From Rebecca billardiae RCC1528 (lineage: Eukaryota > Protista > Haptophyta): a stretch of DNA of 64,000 nt. Below are positions 12,100 through 24,582 of the stretch, one piece after another (within the stretch, counting starts at the first letter, position 1; each line of letters starts with the position of its first letter). The translations under genes and the position numbers were made by a program. The notes beneath the pieces are model-generated. The model searched no databases, was not told the DNA's origin, and was given only the letters and a program-made list of their open reading frames with translations. The stretch covers positions 3,472,001 through 3,536,000 of the forward strand of contig OZ251223.1 in the NCBI GenBank assembly GCA_965240325.2. The letters run 5' to 3'.

Positions 12100-14345
12100 T
12101 CCGGTGGAGGATGCCTCGTCCGACCGACCGCTCGTGCGCACCGCCGCGTGCCAGCTCGATGCTGCGCGCCGCGGCCGCGCGCGTTCGCGCGCGCCGCGCA
12201 TGCGCGCTCGCTGCCGCCTCAGCGGAGGCGGCGGGCGCGTGAGCGGGCGGTCGGACGAGGCAGCCTCCGCCATCTCTGCCGTGCGCACACCTGCAGCGCT
12301 GTCGCTCGCCGCCGCCACGCGCTGAGCGCCTGCCGCCTCCGTCGAGGCGGTGACGCGCACGCGGCTGCGCACACACGCGCGCTGTGATGCGCCGCGCAGC
12401 ATCGTGCTGACACGCGTGCTCGGCGGCGGCGGCGGTGCGCGCGAGCGGGCGGTCGACTGTGGCAGCCTCCGTCATCATATCCGTGTGCACATCTGCAGCA
12501 GCACCACGCGCCAAGCGCCCGCCGCCTTCGCAGAGGCGGCGGCGCGCGCGCATGCGCTCGGCCGCGGCGCACAGCATCGAGCTGGCACGTGGCGGTAGCG
12601 CAAGCGGGTGGTCGGACGGGGCAGCCACCGCCATCACCGTCGTGCGCCAATCTGCAGCACTACCGCACCCTGCCGTCACGCGCCGAGTGTCCGCCACCTC
12701 CGCTGAGGCGGCGGCGCGCACGCGCTGCCGCGTTGGCCCCGGCTGCGCATGCGCGCAAGCTCGGCCGCGCCGCGCGGCATTGAGCTGACACGCGCGCTCG
12801 GCGGCGGCGGCGGTGCATGCGAGCGGGCGGTCGATCCAGGGAGCCTCCGCCGTCGCTTCTATGCGTGATCATGCTGCCGCCGTCACGTGTCGCACGCCAG
12901 CTGCCTCCGCCGGCGCGCTCAGCTCGCTGTCACCCGTCGCGGCCATGGCCACGCATGCCGAACATTTGCCTGGCCATGTGGCCGCATGTGCGCGCCGCGG
13001 CTTCAGCTGAGGCGGCGGGCGCTCGGCGGGTGGCGGCGGCGCCCGGCGGTGCTGCAGAGCCACGTATGAATACGATGATGGATGGAGGCTGCCTCGGCAG
13101 AGCGCGCGCTGGCGTGCACCACCGCGGCCGCCCAGCGCGTGCGTCAGCTTGACGCCGCGTGCCGCGTTCGAGCGCGCATGCGCGCATGCGCGCGCGCTGC
13201 AGCCGGGCGCGGTCGGGGCCGTGCCGCCGCCTCGGCGGAGGCGGCGGGCGCGCGGCGCGTGGCGGTAGCGCGCGGCGGTATGGCAGATGTGCGCACGGGG
13301 CGTGGCGGTGCTGCAGGTGTACGCACGGGGATGGAGGCGGAGACGGCCTTAGCCGAGCGCGCTTGACGGGCACGCCAGCCCTGCGCGAGCGAGCGGTGGC
13401 GACCGGCGGCGAGCGTGGCGCGTGGCAGCGGCGTGCGTCGAGCACTAGCACGCTTCGACCTAGTGGCTCCGCCGCCACGCCGCCGAGAGGCGGTGGCGAG
13501 GCGAGCGGTCGAAGTCCGAGCACGCCGTCGCGCCGCGGCGAGTGGGGTGCACGAGCACGCTCAGACCGAGCAACAGACCGGGCGGCTCACCGCGGCGGCG
13601 AGGCGAGCCGCTGAGGTTCAGCGCGCGGCCGCGCCGCGATGACGGCTGGGCAGGTGGAGCGTAGCAGGCTGACACGCAGCCACGTGGGCGAGCGTTCGTC
13701 CCTGCGCGGGCGAGGGGCTGATGGCGGCCGCCTGCGCGGTGTTCAGCTGCGTAGCGTGCCGCCGCGCCTCGGCGGCGCGCTACACCCGCTGCACGCGGCA
13801 GGCTGACACACCGCCGCGCGGGCTCGCGCCCGCGCCTGCGTGGGCGAGCTGCGGCGGTTGGCAGCGCGCGCGGCGAGCAGCAGCGGCGAGTACGAGCACG
13901 CTTCGCGCGAGCGGCTCCGCCGCCGCGCCGCCGACAGGTGGTGGCGAGGCGCGCCGTTCAGGTCGGAGCACGCCGCCGCGCCGTGGCAGCAGGCGCGCGG
14001 GCGGCGGGCTGCAGGCTGACATGCGGCCGCGCAGGCTCGCGCCCACGCCTGGGCGGGCCAGTGGCTGCGGCTAGCAGCGAGCGCGACGTGCAGCAGCGGC
14101 GAGCGGCGAGCACCAGCACGCTTTGCGTGCGCGGCTCCGCCGCCGCGCCACCAACAGGCGGCGAGGCGAGACGTCCAGGTCGAGCGTGCCGCTGCGCCGC
14201 CGCGGCGAGCGCGCGGGTGGCGTGCAGCAGTGGCGAGCGGCAAGCATGAGTACGCTTCTCGCGAGCCGCTCCGCCGCCACGCCGCTGTGAGGCAGCGGCG
14301 AGGCGAGCCGTCGAGGTCGGAGCGCGCCGCCGCGCCGCGTTGCCG
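12100..14345. repeat. Degenerate GC-rich subrepeat arrays (two families of ~150-220 bp units), non-coding
   Basis: Recurring GCGAGCGGGCGGTCG..GCAGCCTCCG near 12240, 12440, 12600 and 12820. Recurring AGCACGCTT..GGCTCCGCCGCC..GGCGAGGCG near 13445, 13895, 14115 and 14250. Confidence 0.65.
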
Positions 14346-14943
14346 GGCGCGCGTCGTGCAGGGCGCGGCAGGCTGATGACACGCAGCCCGACGCAGGACC
14401 GAGGACGGCAGGTGCGCTCAATTATGGGCCAGCGCGCATGCCGCCGGCAAGGGGGTGCCAGGGGCGGCAAACATCATATCGTTGTCAGCTGGATATGTTC
14501 ACATCGCGATCGCGTCGTCACGCTATACGTAGTCGTAGTTAAGCGATGACAGCCGATGACTATCACCACTCCCAGAACACTCCGAGTCCGACACCAGGCT
14601 GGGCCTCACTCACGGAGGCGTGATGCATCACGCAGCGTCACTCAGTGTCTCTTACACGAACGTATTATGCTACTGCAATCCGCGCGCGCGCGCTCTGACT
14701 GCTCGGCGAGTGGCTCGGCGCGTCTGTCTGTGAATCTGTGATGAAGCCTCTGAATCTGACACTGTGATGACGACTGTGACTTATATATATATATACAGAC
14801 TGTGACTGTCCCGTGTCCGCCAGGCCCATGAAGTCAACTAGTTAATAATTAGGCCAGCAGTGCGCTGTGCTATAGTCGAATCGGATCACGACAATATATA
14901 TATATATATATATGCTGTATATATATATATATATATATCATAT

Positions 14944-16229
14944 ATGACCGCGTTCCGCGGTCCTTTTCTGCATAGAATCAACGCAGTTGGGGGCCCGCGG
15001 TGGCCGTGCAATCGCGGCTCTCCGCCGTAGTGGCAGTTCGCCAGTTGAAGTCGGTTCTGAGATGACTGAAGCTATTAGTCCGACCGTCGCCCTGCCTGCG
15101 CGACCGCGAGACTCATTCACACTTCACACAATCACAGCAGCGGACCTGAGACCGCACCCGGCACCGGTCGTCAAATCGGACGTCCGTCTGACAACTAGCT
15201 GCCAAATGTCCAACTGGCTGATCAGCTCGGATCCGACCCGTCCGCGATCGTGCCATCGGCATCGGAATTACTACTAGTAGCTGCCAAACTGTGTCCAACT
15301 CTGGCTGATCAGCTCGGATCCGACCCGTCCGCGATCGTGCCGAGTGAGTCGTGCCGCGGAGCTCGGAGTACTGAAGGAGTCGGGTGTGACAGCAGGGTGC
15401 TTTAGCGCTGCGGCCCGTGCCAGCCAACGACCAGACGTACTCTGGCCACTTGACCCGTTGCACGGGTGAGTGACCGTACGCCCTGCCTAGTGCCTACCGC
15501 GCGCGCCGCGCGACCGGCGACTCGGGGTGATGGAGAGCGGATGGCGACAGCAGCAGCAGTCCTCATGAAGACGATGAAACTGGCGGCACGGGTGCACGAG
15601 GTGGCAGGCGAAAGCGCGCCGACGAGACCGCATTTGACACACCTGAGCCGCACGCGCGTGCCGTCGCCGAGCGGCGAGCGCTGCAAACGCGCAACCGTAC
15701 CGCGCGCGCCACGACGGCGCGGCACTAGCTGATGCAGGCCGTACTGCCGGCACTGCTTCTGCGATCATGCGCCACGGTCGCAGCTGACTGCGTGAGCAGC
15801 AAGCGGGAGGCGGGTCCGGAGGCACGTGCAGGCGCCGTCCCGCATATCCGCCATCGCCCATCGTGCCGGGGCACGTCACCTCCGACGATCCGGATGTGGC
15901 CCAGTCCGGACGTCACGCGATCCGGGAAGACGAGTACGATTCGCTCGTAACGAACCGTTACACTAAAGTCACGGCCAGGCTCACGTCCCGTCCATCGATT
16001 ACTTATGGAATCAGCTGGGCGCGCTCTTTTTCGGCCTAATAGACCTCTCTATGCGATCTCAAAAACTCGAAACTCGGTCTCCGCCAGCCCTAAAAATCGC
16101 CGGGGCCCCGTCCCTTTTTTTCCGCCGCCCCCCGTCCCTTTTTTCTGGATCAAAGATCTTTTTGAAACGTGGTTCGGGCCCGCTGGTGCGGGCTCCACGC
16201 TGCGCGCTCCGCCCTGCACCGCGGGCCAT
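14944..16229 (-). mobile_element. Non-autonomous Helitron2/Helentron-like element, copy 1
   Basis: Dispersed repeat with a copy at 30146..31311. 5' end ATGGCCCGCGGTG, matching subterminal inverted repeat at 14992..15002, terminal hairpin GACCGCG-TTC-CGCGGTC at 14946..14962. Confidence 0.65.
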
Positions 16230-16373
16230 CATATATCAGCGTGCAGAATAGAGTAGTGCTGCCGTAGCTACTTGCCACGCGACCGTGCTCGGCTCTAGCG
16301 CCAGTCTGACAGACAGATGACAGTGCCAGTCTGCATCGCCCGCTGAATCGCGCTGGCACTTCGCTTATGAGTT

Positions 16374-18393
16374 ATGGCCCGCGGTGCAGGGCGGAGCGCG
16401 CAGCGTGGAGCCCGCACGAGCGGGCCCGAACCACGTTTCAAAAAGATCTTTGATCAAGAAAAAAGGGACGGGGGGCGATTTTTAGGGCTGGCGGAGACCG
16501 AGTTTCGAGTTTTTGAGATCGCATAGAGAGGTCTATTAGGCCGAAAATAACCGCGCCCAGCTGATTCCCTTAAGTAAAGTGCGATCTGGACGTCAGCTGG
16601 ACGTGACATTAGTGTAACGGTTCGTTACGAGCGCGATTTTAAGTATGAGATTGCCGCCAACCGCCAACCGATAAAAACGGCAAGGCAAGGGCTCGGGAAA
16701 CTTGATCACTTCTAAATGTGAATATAGTAAAATGCTCTCCCCGAGCGCGCCTGTCGCCTCGCAGGCCGCGCGTCTCGCTCCCTCTCCCCGAGGCTGAGCT
16801 CGCGGCCCGCCTGTCACCTCGCAGGCGCGCGCCACGGACACATGCGCGACGAGATCGCGGCGGGGGCGGCGAGATCGCGGCGGGGGCGACGGGCAACAAC
16901 CTGCCCGCGGGCGCGTTCGTCACTCGAGGAGCAGCGCGCAAGGGCGAGCCGAGTCCGGAGCACGCGAGCTCGTCGCTCGCCGACCGGAGCAGAGCGCGCC
17001 GCCCGCCGCCGCCGAGCGAGCGGCGCGGCAGAGCTGATGAGCCGGATGCGCCCGGAGCTCGCGCGGCTGAAGGGCGAGCTCGAGCACGCGAGCTCGCGCC
17101 TCGACGCCGAGCCCGAGCTCCTCCTCAACTCAGTCGACGGCGGCGCGGAGGTCCGGCAGCAGCGTGAGGACTCACAGACAGTGTGAGTGAGGCAGTGAGC
17201 CGCGCGCAGCTCAGCCTGCCGCTGGCAGCCGCCGTCTTCGAGGCCGACGCGGCGGAGGAGGCGGCGGGCGACGAGATCGCGGCGGGGGCGGCGAGATCGC
17301 GGCGGGGGCGACGGGCAACAACCTGCCCGCGGGCGCGTTCGTCACTCGAGGAGCAGCGCGCAAGGGCGAGCCGAGTCCGGAGCACGCGAGCTCGTCGCTC
17401 GCCGACCGGAGCAGAGCGCGCCGCCCGCCGCCGCCGAGCGAGCGGCGCGGCAGAGCTGATGAGCCGGATGCGCCCGGAGCTCGCGCGGCTGAAGGGCGAG
17501 CTCGAGCACGCGAGCTCGCGCCTCGACGCCGAGCGCGAGCTCCTCCTCAACTCGGTCGACGGCGGCGCGGAGGTCCGGCAGCAGCGTGAGGACTCACAGA
17601 CAGTGTGAGTGAGCCGCGCGCAGCTCAGCCTGCCGCTGGCAGCCGCCGTCTTCGAGGCCGACGCGGCGGAGGAGGCGGCGGGCGAGCACGGCGGCGCGGT
17701 GGAGCAGGCGCGCACGCGCGGCGGCAGGCGCGACGCGCCGCTCGCCTCGTTCCACCGCCCCGAGCTCCGCTCGGTCGGTCTCGGTGCGCGGCTGCGCAGC
17801 CGGCCGGCAGGCCGGCGGGCCAGCAGTCTGCAGTGGCGCGCGCTCTCGCTCTGCCGGCACGAGGCGTGCCGGCTGAGCGACCAGCGGCCCGTCGTCGAGC
17901 GCATGGCGCAGGGCGAGTACCTCAAGCAGGTGCGCCCGCTCGCGCGCACGCGCCGGCTCGCGACCAGCGGGTCAGTCCAGCGGCCCTTCGTCGAGCGCAT
18001 GGCGCAGCGCGAGCACCTTGCAAGCTGAAGCAGGTGCGCCCGCACGCGCGCACGCGCCGGCCCGGCGCCGCGCGGCGCCTCTCGCCCTCTCGCCCTGCGC
18101 GCGCCGCCGCCCCGCTTCCCCGCGCGGCCCGTCCGCGCCTCTCGCCCTGCGAGCGCGCCGCCCCGCTTCCCCGCGCGGCCCGTCCGCTGGTGTCCCATGC
18201 CACCCTTGGCCGTGCGCGCCCGCATACTCGCGCCGAGTCCGAGACTCGGTCTCGGGTCTGACTCTCCCTCTCAGAGTGGCTGAACTGTCTTTCTGACTCG
18301 GACTGACTGACTCGTCAGTCTCATTCTCAACCACTGCGCCGCGGGCCCCGAACTGCGTTGGTTCTACGGAAAAGGACCGCGGAACGCGGTCAT
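16374..18393 (+). mobile_element. Same family, copy 2 (shared ends, different interior), head-to-head with copy 1
   Basis: 16374..~16633 is the reverse complement of ~15944..16229. 18339..18393 (CCGCGGGCCCCGAACTGCGTTG...GACCGCGGAACGCGGTCAT) is the reverse complement of the hairpin end of copies 1 and 3. Confidence 0.65.
16848..17685 (+). repeat. Tandem duplication of a ~422-bp unit inside element copy 2
   Basis: GAGATCGCGGCGGGGGCGGCGAGATCGC... begins at ~16851 and ~17273. Both units translate to ...ELARLKGELEHASSRLDAE.ELLLNSVDGGAEVRQQREDSQTV. Confidence 0.9.
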
Positions 18394-18731
18394 TATATAT
18401 ATAGTCTGGTCAGACTGACGATCCAAGTGCAGCGCGGACTCGGCGCGGGACCGCGGACTGCGCTTGATGTCTTAGGCGAGCACAGGCGGGGAACGCTTGA
18501 ACGCCAGTTGCCGGTCGGGGGCTCCTCTGGGCATCATTGCAGGCGCCTCAGGCTCAGCCGGCTCTGGTCAGTCAGGGGCGAGGGCGATGCAAAGTTATTG
18601 ACCGTATTCTTCACGCGGCAGACTTGGTCAGTGCCTCTGTAGGTGAGTGCCGAGTCGAACCTGCGGGCGTGCGCAGTGATGCGAACCAACCCGACTTGAG
18701 TGCTTGCTGAGCAGCGGCTCCACTGCTAGGT

Positions 18732-19736
18732 CCCATACGCGTCGAAACGCACCGCGCTCGCTCGTCGACCTGCGCACTGGTATCGGTGTGCGCGCGCCAA
18801 CGCGGTGCGCCGTGCTCGCGCCCGGCTGCACGCCTGCTCGCGCGCGCGCGCGGACGCGTGATGGACCGAGGAGGTTGCGCGAGCACGCGCGCTGCGTCTG
18901 GATGGAGCGCGTAGGAGGTGTAGGCTGTGCTCCGCACGCGCGCCGCCAACGTGCACCGCGCTGCCCCTCGCCCACGCGGTCACCGCCGAGCCCAGATTCA
19001 AACGCGTGCGCGCCTGGGAGCGCGCCTCCGAGCAGCACTTGCAGCATTCGTGTCGAAGGCTTGGCGAGAGGCAGATGTGCATGGCGAGTAGCGCCATGGG
19101 GTTGGCCAACACACGCACACACTCGCGCACGCTCGCCGCACCACCTTGTCGCGCCCACGTGCGGCGCGTGGGGCGCGCTCTGCGCCTCGAGCAGCTGCCG
19201 AGCAGCTGCTGCGCGGTGTGCGCGCATCGCGCAGGGCTGAGCCAATGGTCCGAGGGCGAGCCGGCAGAGCTTCGCGCGTGACGCGCACGGAACTGGTACA
19301 ACGCAGCGTACCACTCGCAGCCACCATCGAGTCCGTACCCGCGAGCTGTGGCCGCCGCCGATAGCCAAAAGCTGCCCATCGGTCAGCCCGTAACAGCCGA
19401 CGAGCGCGCTGCGGCGCGTCCACCACCGTGATGTGCACGGATGCGCGCGCGCGCCCGTGTCGTAGCTCGAACGGAGTCCCCCCGATCGCAGGCACCACCA
19501 CACTGCCACGTCTTCACCCGCCTTGTGCCACCACGCGGGCACGCGGCGCTTAGGCGGCGCAGCCGCCCGGTCAGCAAACGGTCAGCGCGCGGCGAGGGTG
19601 GAGTCGGGCGAGGAGCGAGCGGAGTGTCCGGCGCGACGGAGGTGGTCCATGCTATGGTCACCGACGCGTTGCCCACCATGTCCGAGGCCGTGGTGGCCGC
19701 CCGGGAGAAGGAATGCTCCTGGTCGCTGCCTGTGCA
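18732..19736 (-). repeat. ~1 kb inverted repeat, right arm (partner 10393..11394)
   Basis: Direct reverse-complement match to the left arm. Confidence 0.93.
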
Positions 19737-21821
19737 GTGCTCCTTTGCGCGCGTGCACATAGCTGCGAGGAGCGAAAGCGTTAGACGATACCTACTTCAC
19801 AGGTCGAGCGTTGTTCACTTGTTGTCCCAAATTGTAGAACGCGCAGGTAGGTATCATCTCACGATTTCCGTGTGCGGCCGTGGCGCGCGCGCGAGCACAG
19901 CCACATGCGACCCTTTGCACATCTGCTGCAGATCGGCTCATGCTCGGCGAGCGCGGCGAGGAGAAGTTGCGCGCTCGCGTGCTGGCCCACCTGAGAGTGA
20001 TCGCGGCCTCCGAACAGAAAGAGCGTGTCGAGCGCCGCGCGGCAGCTCGCACGGTCGCGATCCCGCGCGAGCGGTCGTGCGAGCACGGTTGGGTGCATCG
20101 CGCGTTCCGCGTCTGGCAGCCCGTTCCTGGTCATTTATTTTAGTTTTAACTTCTTATTTTGATAATAATAAATTGAAACGACCGCAAAGATAGGGAGGAG
20201 TGGCAGTTTCGAGTTTTGGCACTCTGGGGCCAACACTAGCTAGTTCCGCGCGTGGCTGCGTGCGCCAGCTGCGCGCACCCGCTGCGCCCGCGTTGAGCCC
20301 GTGCGAGCGCCGCGCCTCGAGCCTCACACGCAGCGGGCGCGGCTGGCGACACCGAGCCGCATGGCAGTGTCGCTCGTGCGCCTCGGCCCGTGATCAGTCT
20401 CAGCTCTGAGGCGCGCGCTCAGGAGGGCTGCGGCCGGGCCGAGCGCCGCGATCTGCGCAGACGGTACAGCCCCGAGCCCGTGGCGGCTCATGGCAGCCCG
20501 AGCCCAATTCCCGCAAAGCCCGGCGCCTCCGCCATCCGCGTCACAGTCGGGGCGCTCCAGGCTCCACGGCCTCTTACTTCGACGCCACCCAACTGGCGCA
20601 CGCGCGTGCGGCCGGCGGTGCGGCGCAGCTCGGTCACTGCCACCGCTCCCGCGGGCTGCTCACGCCGAGCGCTGTGTTGGCAGCTGCAAGCTGATCGTGC
20701 GCTCGCCGCTCCCAGACGAGATCGGTCGAGATCGTGGGAGCAGACGAGCGGACCATCGCGCAGCAAGATGCAGCGAGCACGCAGACACTCGCGCTGCCCT
20801 CTCCTCGTGCGCCTGCGCCAGCCACAGTCTCGAACACCAGCAGAACGGAGCTTGCACCGAAAAGGCTGCGCGACGCGGGCGCGCACGCGCGTGGACGCGG
20901 GTCGGCAGGGCGGGGCGCGCGGGGTGAGCGAGGCACGAATGCGATGCCGACGGCCGTTGGGACCCGCCGCAGCTGCGCGCACCTGCGCTGAGTCTGTCGG
21001 ATTGAACGATCGTGCGGCAGCGGCCTGCGTGGGCGGTGGCTCCGAGCTGCCTCGGTTCAGCACTCTCAACTCCTCCGGCCTGCCACTGCCTGCCCGCGCG
21101 ACCGGTACTCATCATCAAGGGAGATATTATGATACTGCAATCTCGCCTGCCTGAGCTGTGTGCGTCTCTTATTCTTAGTAAAATGTTAACCAAGTGTGCA
21201 CGTTAATAATAGTAGGCACCCAGTGCCCACTTGGGTATTTTGAGCGCCTTCCGGCTTTAAAAGATATTACCCGTGTATGAATCAAGGGTAATCAAGGGGC
21301 TTTTAACAAGGGGCTTAACGAGTTAACGGCCTTAACCTGGTGATATCCGCCACTGAGAAGCGACGGTTCATGAATCATGACTTCAGATGCCGGCATAATA
21401 ATTCTTTACTTCAAGCGACATAAAATCTGACTCAACCTCTCTTTTCTATGGTTGGCGAGCTGTTTCAGGCTCTTACAATTCAAGCATCTTACTATGACGG
21501 AATGTTCGAACACACGGCTGGTGTTATATGCTATTCCACCCGGCATTCCCCTAAGTGTTACTATCGTTAAAATTAGCATCTACTACAAACGCAATCATTG
21601 GCAGCGAAATCCACTCATACGTACGGTAAGGCCACCCACAAAAATCCCCAAAATCCTGCGCGCATCCTCTTTTTGATTTTGCGGAGCACGTCGTGCGCCG
21701 CCCCCCCCCGGCTTTCGCTCACGCTCAGACCTTTCGGGGGGGGGGCCGTGCGCCATTAGTATAGCGCAGTGATGAGGTGTGTAGGTAATAAATAGAACTA
21801 CTTAGTGATCCACTATTAACA

Positions 21822-22176
<355 letters not shown>

Positions 22177-22272
22177 TCTATTCCGGCGATCGAGTGTTTT
22201 TAAAAGACACTGCTCGATCGCCAGTCTGTTTTAAAAGTGTTTAGGATAATGTGAGTGACGGTCAGGTTCAAG

Positions 22273-23355
22273 CTATGATGCCGGCAGCGCAATGAGACAC
22301 TGTCGGTCGATGAGAACGCTCACGTACTCGCCGTATCTGGGTGGTTGTGGGAACGCGATGCCATGCTGCGTCGACGCCACCGACCCACCCGCAGGCTGAC
22401 AGCAAGCCGTCAAATTGGCGGCGCTCTGCTTCGCCGCTCTTTTGCTGATATCGGACCGCCAGCCACGGAAGTTCCACACCGGAGGGAGTGTGTAGACCTC
22501 GGCGCGTCTCTTCTGCACACCCTCCAGCAGCGCGTTGCGAAAGGAGCAGTCCTCGTGCTTCGACAGAGCGTTCGGCTCGAGGTAAAGGGTAATCCATCGC
22601 CGAATCACCCACCGCACGCCGGGGTGAGTCGTGTCAGCCACCACGACACCGCTATTGAGCACTGCAAACGCTCTCGGCGGCCGAAGATCAGGGCACATCC
22701 TGCTGCCTGGCCCGAATGTGGCACCATCGTCATGACTCAGGGCCGCCATGATGGGGAACGTTGCCAGGATGCTTGTGGCACCGCCTGGGCCCGCACCCAG
22801 GGTCTGCAAGCCGGCCAAAAGTTCGTGGGCTGTGACGCACGGGTACGCATCCGCAGCGAGCAGGATGGTGTGGGCAAATGGCGAAGCGAGCACCGACGCG
22901 GCAGGTCCAATGCGCCGCAGGCGTGCTGCCTCGGCGCTGTGCCAAAGAGTGGCTCCGAGGGGCCACGTCCGTCCAATTACGACGTCATCGAGCACCTCGC
23001 AACGGATCGTCGCCACCGCGTCGGACGACAGTCGCGCGGTGCATGGGGGCAAGAGCGCCTCGCTAGTCACAAATGCAGCCACACGCGGCCACCTCAGCGC
23101 CCGCACGGCCATCTTTGCCGCGCTGATCTGTTGAAATGAGCCCAGGTGAAAGACGAAGCCGAGCGCCTTCCATTCGCTGTCACTCGGAACCTGGGATGCC
23201 CCGCAGGTCACGGCAGCCGTTGTTAGCGCGGCTAGAGCTGCAAGTAGTAGAAGGGCCCAGTCGTTAGTTCGGCTGCTGCGCGGCTGCAGCAAGGTGCTGC
23301 AGCCCCTTGGCTGCAACGGCAGCAAATTCCGCACGACCGGAAGCGGGGGCGCCAT
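22273..23355 (-). CDS. Putative type II membrane nucleotide-diphospho-sugar transferase-like (GT-A fold) protein
   Basis: N-terminal TM segment (WALLLLAALAALTTAAV), then SPFAHTILLAADAYPC, LNSGVVV and EDCSFRNAL...VYTLPPVWNFR. These resemble SPF..T..lDxD / NSGV / DQ.sFR.AL / LP..yN.R motifs, with the DxD degenerate. Confidence 0.6.
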   Translation of the reverse strand: MAPPLPVVRNLLPLQPRGCSTLLQPRSSRTNDWALLLLAALAALTTAAVTCGASQVPSDSEWKALGFVFHLGSFQQISAAKMAVRALRWPRVAAFVTSEALLPPCTARLSSDAVATIRCEVLDDVVIGRTWPLGATLWHSAEAARLRRIGPAASVLASPFAHTILLAADAYPCVTAHELLAGLQTLGAGPGGATSILATFPIMAALSHDDGATFGPGSRMCPDLRPPRAFAVLNSGVVVADTTHPGVRWVIRRWITLYLEPNALSKHEDCSFRNALLEGVQKRRAEVYTLPPVWNFRGWRSDISKRAAKQSAANLTACCQPAGGSVASTQHGIAFPQPPRYGEYVSVLIDRQCLIALPAS

Positions 23356-23397
23356 TGCGCAAATATCGGAAAGCCCGGACAGGAGCACCGGCGCACT

Positions 23398-24523
23398 GCT
23401 GCAGCCAAGGGTGTCCAGGGTCCGCAACAGCCAGTGCGCAGCGCGGCGGAGGCTGTGACATCGCGAGGTCGCCGCTCGCCAGTGGGACTCGCCCGCCCGC
23501 CGCCGTGCACGGCGGCGGAGCCGCTCGCGCCGTGCGCTCCTGCGGCCGTCGGATCGGGCTGCGTAGGCGGCGCGCGGCTTGGGCCGTCGCTGAGCCACCC
23601 AGCGCCCCTCGCTGCGCCGCGCGCCTTCCTCGTCCTCGCCTCCTCCGCGCCTTGAAGCAGCACGCACACGCGCGGCGCCGCCACAAAAGCAGCGCAGGCG
23701 CTCGCGTGCAAGCGCGCGCGCGCAGCGCGCGACGGGCTCGACTCAGGGCTCGCGCCGCTGCGGGGGCATGCAGCACCATCACATGCGCGCGCGACGCCAC
23801 CTCGAACTTGCGCATCGCTGTGACCGTCACGCGCCAAATGCTCACACGTCCTCGTGTTGAAGTAGGCCCAATCTGACCAGAACCTGCCATGCGTCAGGAC
23901 GACTTCTTAGGCAAGACACGATGACAGCTACGTACGCGGCGCTTCTCAGCAAGCGTGGAGACCACAAGAGAAGCGCACGCAAGCATGACCGTCCCCGCAT
24001 CGATCGCGTCGACGTACTCAAGGCCCGTTGTGGAAGCTTCCGTCGCACGTGTGATGATGCCAAGTCAGACCATTTTGTAACGTGCATCAGCGTGCACTGA
24101 CGGTCAAACGCGCAGGCTCGAGGTGGCGTCGCGCGCGCATGTGATAGCACTGCATGTCCCCGCAGAGGCTCGAACACCGAGTCGAGTCCGTCGCGCGCTG
24201 CGCGCGCGCGCTTGCACGCGAGCGCCTGCGCTGCTTTTGTGGCGGCGCCGCGCGTGTGCGTGCTGCTTCAAGGCGCGGAGGAGGCGAGGACGAGGAAGGC
24301 GCGCGGCGCAGCGAGGGGCGCTGGGTGGCTCAGCGACGGCCCAAGCCGCGCGCCGCCTACGCAGCCCGATCCGACGGCCGCAGGAGCGCACGGCGCGAGC
24401 GGCTCCGCCGCCGTGCACGGCGGCGGGCGGGCGAGTCCCACTGGCGAGCGGCGACCTCGCGATGTCACAGCCTCTGCCGCGCTGCGCACTGGCTGTTGCG
24501 GACCCTGGACACCCTTGCTGCAG
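23398..24523. repeat. ~410-bp inverted repeat arms (23398..~23812 and ~24110..24523) around a ~300-bp spacer, between divergent genes
   Basis: GCTGCAGCCAAGGGTGTCCAGGGTCCGCAACAGCC... is the reverse complement of ...GGCTGTTGCGGACCCTGGACACCCTTGCTGCAGC. Confidence 0.92.
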
Positions 24524-24582
24524 CGGCGCCCACCCGTGCGGGCTGACGCCCGGGCCCGCCATCGGGAAGCCTGAGCCGGGCC

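Noticed and set aside
10144-21200. Many Arg/Ala-rich ORFs in the repeat block
   Set aside because: Low-complexity translations of GC-rich repeats; no transposase, reverse transcriptase or other domain motif recognised.
21700-21747. C-run/G-run hairpin, and the GGCGATCGAG...CTCGATCGCC hairpin at ~22184..22222, as terminators or ncRNA
   Set aside because: Single occurrences with no supporting context; bacterial-type terminators are not expected here.
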